Part shown: positions 17,229-21,015 of the stretch, piece by piece | Position numbering within the stretch: position 1 is the stretch's first letter | Layout of the letters: each line of letters opens with the position of its first letter | NCBI GenBank assembly: GCA_038217285.1 | Contig: JBBQPO010000082.1 | Coordinates: 1 to 21,015, forward strand | DNA length: 21,015 nucleotides | Source: Chthonomonadales bacterium | GTDB taxonomy: Bacteria; Armatimonadota; Chthonomonadetes; Chthonomonadales; Chthonomonadaceae | Direction: 5' to 3' | Notes under the pieces: model-generated | The model's input: the letters and a program-made list of their open reading frames with translations, nothing else | The model's database searches: none | What the model was told of the DNA's origin: nothing | Made by a program: the position numbers and the translations under genes

Positions 17229-17257
17229 ATTATAACAAACGACTCGCGATCACGCAA
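17229..17257 (-). promoter_or_regulatory. Sigma70-type promoter for the TPR gene, and possibly the downstream uvrB block
   Basis: The minus strand reads TTGCGT-N17-TATAAT with an extended -10 TG. Confidence 0.7.
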
Positions 17258-17476
17258 GCCCTTCTTAGAAACCGTTTCGCCTGAAGAGGCCATAGAACGA
17301 ACTCTTACGGTACAGAACTATTTTTTCCGTTTCGTGCAGACCGGGGGCACAGGTCAGACGTAATAAGAGAATAGTTGCTAATTCAAACGAGCCCTGACGC
17401 CTGCTTCCCCCAGAGTGTCTATAGGGCTCCAGGCCCGAATGACGCGGATTTTGTGAAAGAGGTTGGAAACACCAGT

Positions 17477-19189
17477 ATGAAACCGTCGCCATCTACGGAG
17501 CTGACCAATAGACCGGGTAAAGATAAGAACTCCTCTGCTCTGGATCCTTCTCCTGGCCCGCCCGAAGCGTCAGCCGAGCCGAGCGCGCCGCAGACACAAG
17601 GTGCACAGCACGCCGGTGACTCTCCGGCACAGCCGGAAAAGACTGCAAACGGTACCACGGCCCCGTCTAAGGCTTCGTCTCCCTGGGTAAGACCGGTGCT
17701 GATTACGGTCGTTATCGCGGCACTCGTTGCTGGGGCGATCTGGGGATTCAATGCCTGGCAATTCAACGCTTCTCATGCCTCGACCGACGACGCCTACCTT
17801 ACCTCCGACATCGTTCAGATCGACCCTCAGGTAGCGGGCAGCATCGTGGAACTACCTGTACGGGAGAACCAGCATGTCAGGAAGGGCGACCTGTTGGCGC
17901 GTCTCGACGACTCGACGTTCCAGGCCGATCTGGAGCAGGCCAGAGCGAATCTCGCGAACGCCGAGGCGACGGTTGCGGCGTCCAGGCTTAACGTGGGTCT
18001 GACGCAGGCGACCGGGAAGGCTCAGATCCAGCAGGCTCAGGGCGGAGTCGGACAGACAGACCGCGCTATCGCTGGGGCAGAGGCCGATGTCAAACGCGTT
18101 GCTGCCTCAGTCCAGACCACCCAAGCGCAGCAGAACGGGGCCAATGCCACGATCAAGAGCGCCCAGGCGGCAACGGAGGCGGCAGTGGCGGCACGCAACC
18201 GTGCTGTCGCGGCCGTTACGGGTGCACAGGCACAGGTCGTCACGGCAGAGGCTGCTGTTCGTACAGCCGAGGCCAATTTGATGCAGGCTCGCGCCAATAA
18301 CGACCGAGCCAACAAAGACGCCGCACGTTACGCCGTGCTCTACGATCAGGACGCCATCAGCGCCCAGACCCTCGATACGGCCAATGCTGCAGCTAAATCG
18401 GCGCGTGCGCAGGTCGAGAGCCAGCAGCGCCAGATAGAACAGGCCCAGTCCACCGTCGCGGCGCGTCAGGCCGATGTCGCCGGAGCACAGGATCAGGTCA
18501 AGGCCGCAGACGCGACCGTGCAGCAGTCCCGCGCCATGATTGCCGCCGCGCGTGACGCCGCCGCCGCCGCCGCCGCCACCGTCACGCAAAACAGGGAGCA
18601 ACTGCAGGTTGGCAAAGAGGCGGTGGGACAGCAAGTCGCTCGCCGCGAACAGGCGCTCGGCGTCCTGAATCAGGCCGAAACCGCCCCTAAACAGCTTGCC
18701 GTGAGTCAGTCCTCCGTCAGCACCAGTCGTACACGTATCGCCCAGGCTCAGGCGGCCCTCAAAACCGCCCAGATCAACTTGAATCGCACCCGGATGTTCG
18801 CACCGTTCGACGGAACCATCAGTAAGAAGACGGGCGAGTTCGGGCAACAGGTTGCGGTGGGGCAGCAGATCATGGCGCTCGTTCCGGACGGTGATGTCTG
18901 GGTGGTCGCCAACTTTAAAGAGACGCAACTGAAGAAAGTGCGGCCAGGTCAGGATGTGGAAGTCGAAGTAGACGCGCTCAGCGGGCAGAAGTTTCGAGGC
19001 CACGTCGATTCGATCTCCGCAGGCACGGGCTCGACGTTCGCTCTCCTGCCTACCGATAACGCGACCGGAAACTTTACGAAAGTGGTCCAGCGCGTCGCGG
19101 TCAAAATCGTGTTTGAACGCGATCAGAAAGGTTTGGAGAACCTACGCGCCGGTCTCTCTGTCATCGCCACGATCTCGACCGGCAATTAG
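17477..19189 (+). CDS. HlyD/EmrA-family efflux periplasmic adaptor with a very long coiled coil
   Basis: TM anchor, STDDAY, lipoyl halves PQVAGSI..LPVRENQHVRKGDLL and APFDGTI, WVVANFKETQL, and TGSTFALLPTDNATGNFTKVVQR (EmrA signature). Start placed at ATG 17477; the track uses 17375. Confidence 0.93.
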   Translation: MKPSPSTELTNRPGKDKNSSALDPSPGPPEASAEPSAPQTQGAQHAGDSPAQPEKTANGTTAPSKASSPWVRPVLITVVIAALVAGAIWGFNAWQFNASHASTDDAYLTSDIVQIDPQVAGSIVELPVRENQHVRKGDLLARLDDSTFQADLEQARANLANAEATVAASRLNVGLTQATGKAQIQQAQGGVGQTDRAIAGAEADVKRVAASVQTTQAQQNGANATIKSAQAATEAAVAARNRAVAAVTGAQAQVVTAEAAVRTAEANLMQARANNDRANKDAARYAVLYDQDAISAQTLDTANAAAKSARAQVESQQRQIEQAQSTVAARQADVAGAQDQVKAADATVQQSRAMIAAARDAAAAAAATVTQNREQLQVGKEAVGQQVARREQALGVLNQAETAPKQLAVSQSSVSTSRTRIAQAQAALKTAQINLNRTRMFAPFDGTISKKTGEFGQQVAVGQQIMALVPDGDVWVVANFKETQLKKVRPGQDVEVEVDALSGQKFRGHVDSISAGTGSTFALLPTDNATGNFTKVVQRVAVKIVFERDQKGLENLRAGLSVIATISTGN

Positions 19190-19297
19190 CCTCCACACAA
19201 CATCGTCCTAAAAACGCGATGAATACACGTCGCCCGGTTTCTGTCGTTCATGGAAACACCGGCGGCCTGGCCACTGCAAGCGCATCGGAGAAAACGT

Positions 19298-21015
19298 TTG
19301 AAACCAACTTTTGGGTTTGTGACAGCCGTCGGCCTGTCGGTTCTGTGCGGGGTGTCCAACTCGTCGGTCTCCGCACAGCAAAGCGATCCGCCGGTGAGCC
19401 AGAATCATCTGGTCAAGCCGCCACCTATTCCCACCGGTGTGATCCCGCTGCCACAGGGGCCGCCGCCGACCGGGTTGCAGGCGCCTCTGCCCGATCCCGC
19501 GCTGCGTATCCCATCGGGCAGACAGCCTCTATTGGATTCACCCGGTCAAGAGGCTCTGGCCCGCTACCTGCGGGGTCGCAGTCTGACCATCACAGATGCG
19601 GTCGCCGTCGGCCTCGCGGTCAACCGTCCTCTGGCCTCGGCCGTCTCCAGCCTGTATCGCGTGCAGGGCCGGACCGAAGAGGCACGCGCCGCCCTGAACC
19701 CGACTTTTGGACTTGTCGCGAATATCCTCGAATACGATGCGTCCAACGTCGCCCATTTCGGCCCGAACACGATCACGATTCAGAATCAGTTCAATGCACT
19801 CTTCGGCGCCATCGCGACGCTGCCGATAGACATCTCCGGCTCTCTGCATGCTGCGGTCAGTCAGTCCCAGTTCCAGGAGATCGCCGCTAAAATCGAAGTC
19901 AACAGGGTTCGCAATCAGACCGTACTGGAGGTGAAATCGGCCTTCTACAATGTCCTGCGATCCCAGGCGCAGGCCGCTGTCGCGCAGGACGGCCTTGCGA
20001 ACGCGCTGGCGCGCCTGAACGCAGCTCAAAAGAACTACGCCGCCGGAACCTCTCCACGCTTCGACGTGATCACCGCGCAGCGCGATGTCGCCGATGCGCA
20101 GCAGGCTTTGATTCAGGCGAAGAGCCAGGTCAGCCTCTCTCTGGCGCTCCTGAAGAGCAACATGGGCATCGCGATTCGGACACCGCTCAAAATCACCGAT
20201 GCGGGTGCTGTGGAACTCCCCCCCGGCACTACGCCGACGACGGTTCCGCCTCCCATGCCCGCGACGCCGAACCAGAAGATCGGGCCTGGTGAAAACACCA
20301 TGGAGGCGCCGTTGCGCGATACGCCTGCCCCGCAGAAGGCCCAGACCATCGGACCCGATCTCGCCCGCCCCACCGATCCAACCGGGAAGCTAATGACCGA
20401 TACATCTATGACGGGCGAAGTGGAAGATCCGATCACCTTTGGGCCGGAGTTCGACATCATAAACCGCGAAGCACTGCAGACGCGTCCTGAGATACTGCAA
20501 GCGGACGCGGCTATCGCCGCCGCTCGCAAAGGGATTCAGATCGCCAGGCGCAGTTCTCAGCCGACTCTTTCAGCCTCGCTCGGTTACAACTACAATCCGA
20601 CCGCCGCAGGTTTCAGCCGGACCAACGAGGCGCAAGTAGGGCTGAACCTGCATGTGCCGATCCTCGATGGCGGCCTTTCCCGCGCTCGGGTCCACGAGGC
20701 CGAGGGAGATATCGCCGTGGCCGAAACCAACCGCAGACAGGCCGTCGATCAGGTGCAGCTCGAAGTACAGCAGGCCTATCTGACCCTGCTGCAGGCACGG
20801 GATCGCGTCGCGGTCGCCAATGTCGGCCTGTCTCAGGCACGAGAAGCCTCCCGACTGGCGCAGGTCCGCTACAGCGCCGGGGTGTCCCAGCAGGTCGGCG
20901 TGTCGCCCATCCTGGAGCTCAGCGCCGCCCAGACCTCGCTGACCCAAGCGCAGAGCAACCTCGTCAATGCGCTCTACGACTACAACACAGCACAGGCGCA
21001 ACTTGATCGGGCCAT
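19298..21015 (+). CDS. TolC-family outer membrane efflux protein; 3' end runs out of the window
   Basis: Not in the track because it has no stop in the window. The frame is open from ATG 19250 / TTG 19298 (GGAG RBS). It reads signal-like MKPTFGFVTAVGLSVLCGVSNSSVSA-QQ, then LTITDAVAVGLAVN, VKSAFYNVL, RPEILQA, VPILDGG, VQQAYL and YDYNTAQAQLDRA. Confidence 0.92.
   Translation, partial: MKPTFGFVTAVGLSVLCGVSNSSVSAQQSDPPVSQNHLVKPPPIPTGVIPLPQGPPPTGLQAPLPDPALRIPSGRQPLLDSPGQEALARYLRGRSLTITDAVAVGLAVNRPLASAVSSLYRVQGRTEEARAALNPTFGLVANILEYDASNVAHFGPNTITIQNQFNALFGAIATLPIDISGSLHAAVSQSQFQEIAAKIEVNRVRNQTVLEVKSAFYNVLRSQAQAAVAQDGLANALARLNAAQKNYAAGTSPRFDVITAQRDVADAQQALIQAKSQVSLSLALLKSNMGIAIRTPLKITDAGAVELPPGTTPTTVPPPMPATPNQKIGPGENTMEAPLRDTPAPQKAQTIGPDLARPTDPTGKLMTDTSMTGEVEDPITFGPEFDIINREALQTRPEILQADAAIAAARKGIQIARRSSQPTLSASLGYNYNPTAAGFSRTNEAQVGLNLHVPILDGGLSRARVHEAEGDIAVAETNRRQAVDQVQLEVQQAYLTLLQARDRVAVANVGLSQAREASRLAQVRYSAGVSQQVGVSPILELSAAQTSLTQAQSNLVNALYDYNTAQAQLDRA

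Noticed and set aside
18557..18577. (GCC)7 trinucleotide run
   Set aside because: It is an in-frame poly-Ala within an Ala-rich coiled coil; slippage would not shift the frame, so it is not a phase-variation switch.
19219..19890. 223-aa plus ORF after the adaptor gene
   Set aside because: It is an alternative frame over tolC; the TolC motifs are in the 19250/19298 frame.

Overview
A GC-rich bacterial chromosomal segment made mostly of housekeeping and metabolic genes. I see no rRNA, tRNA, CRISPR array, integrase or intact transposase. A TolC gene points to a diderm organism; Armatimonadota is my guess from gene style only. Gene order: partial multi-TM sensor-like protein (-); alpha/beta hydrolase, tdk and a hypothetical gene (+); YcjS-like Gfo/Idh/MocA oxidoreductase (+); MFS transporter (+). 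A minus-strand block follows: TIM-barrel sugar epimerase, PhyH-family dioxygenase, a TrmH/SpoU C-terminal fragment, a DUF2256-like protein, a zinc-ribbon protein and osmC. Then an isochorismatase-family hydrolase and a second TIM-barrel epimerase (+); D-2-hydroxyacid dehydrogenase, DAACS symporter, uvrB and a membrane-anchored TPR protein (-); and a very long HlyD/EmrA adaptor with a partial TolC (+). The best leads are a thymidine kinase whose low-complexity tail ends in a beta-clamp-binding-like motif (QLEMF), a cluster of IS200/IS605-like hairpins at 8852-8975, gene remnants at 7768-8369, an unusually long efflux adaptor, and an ECF-type promoter upstream of osmC. No complete novel system can be shown from the sequence alone.
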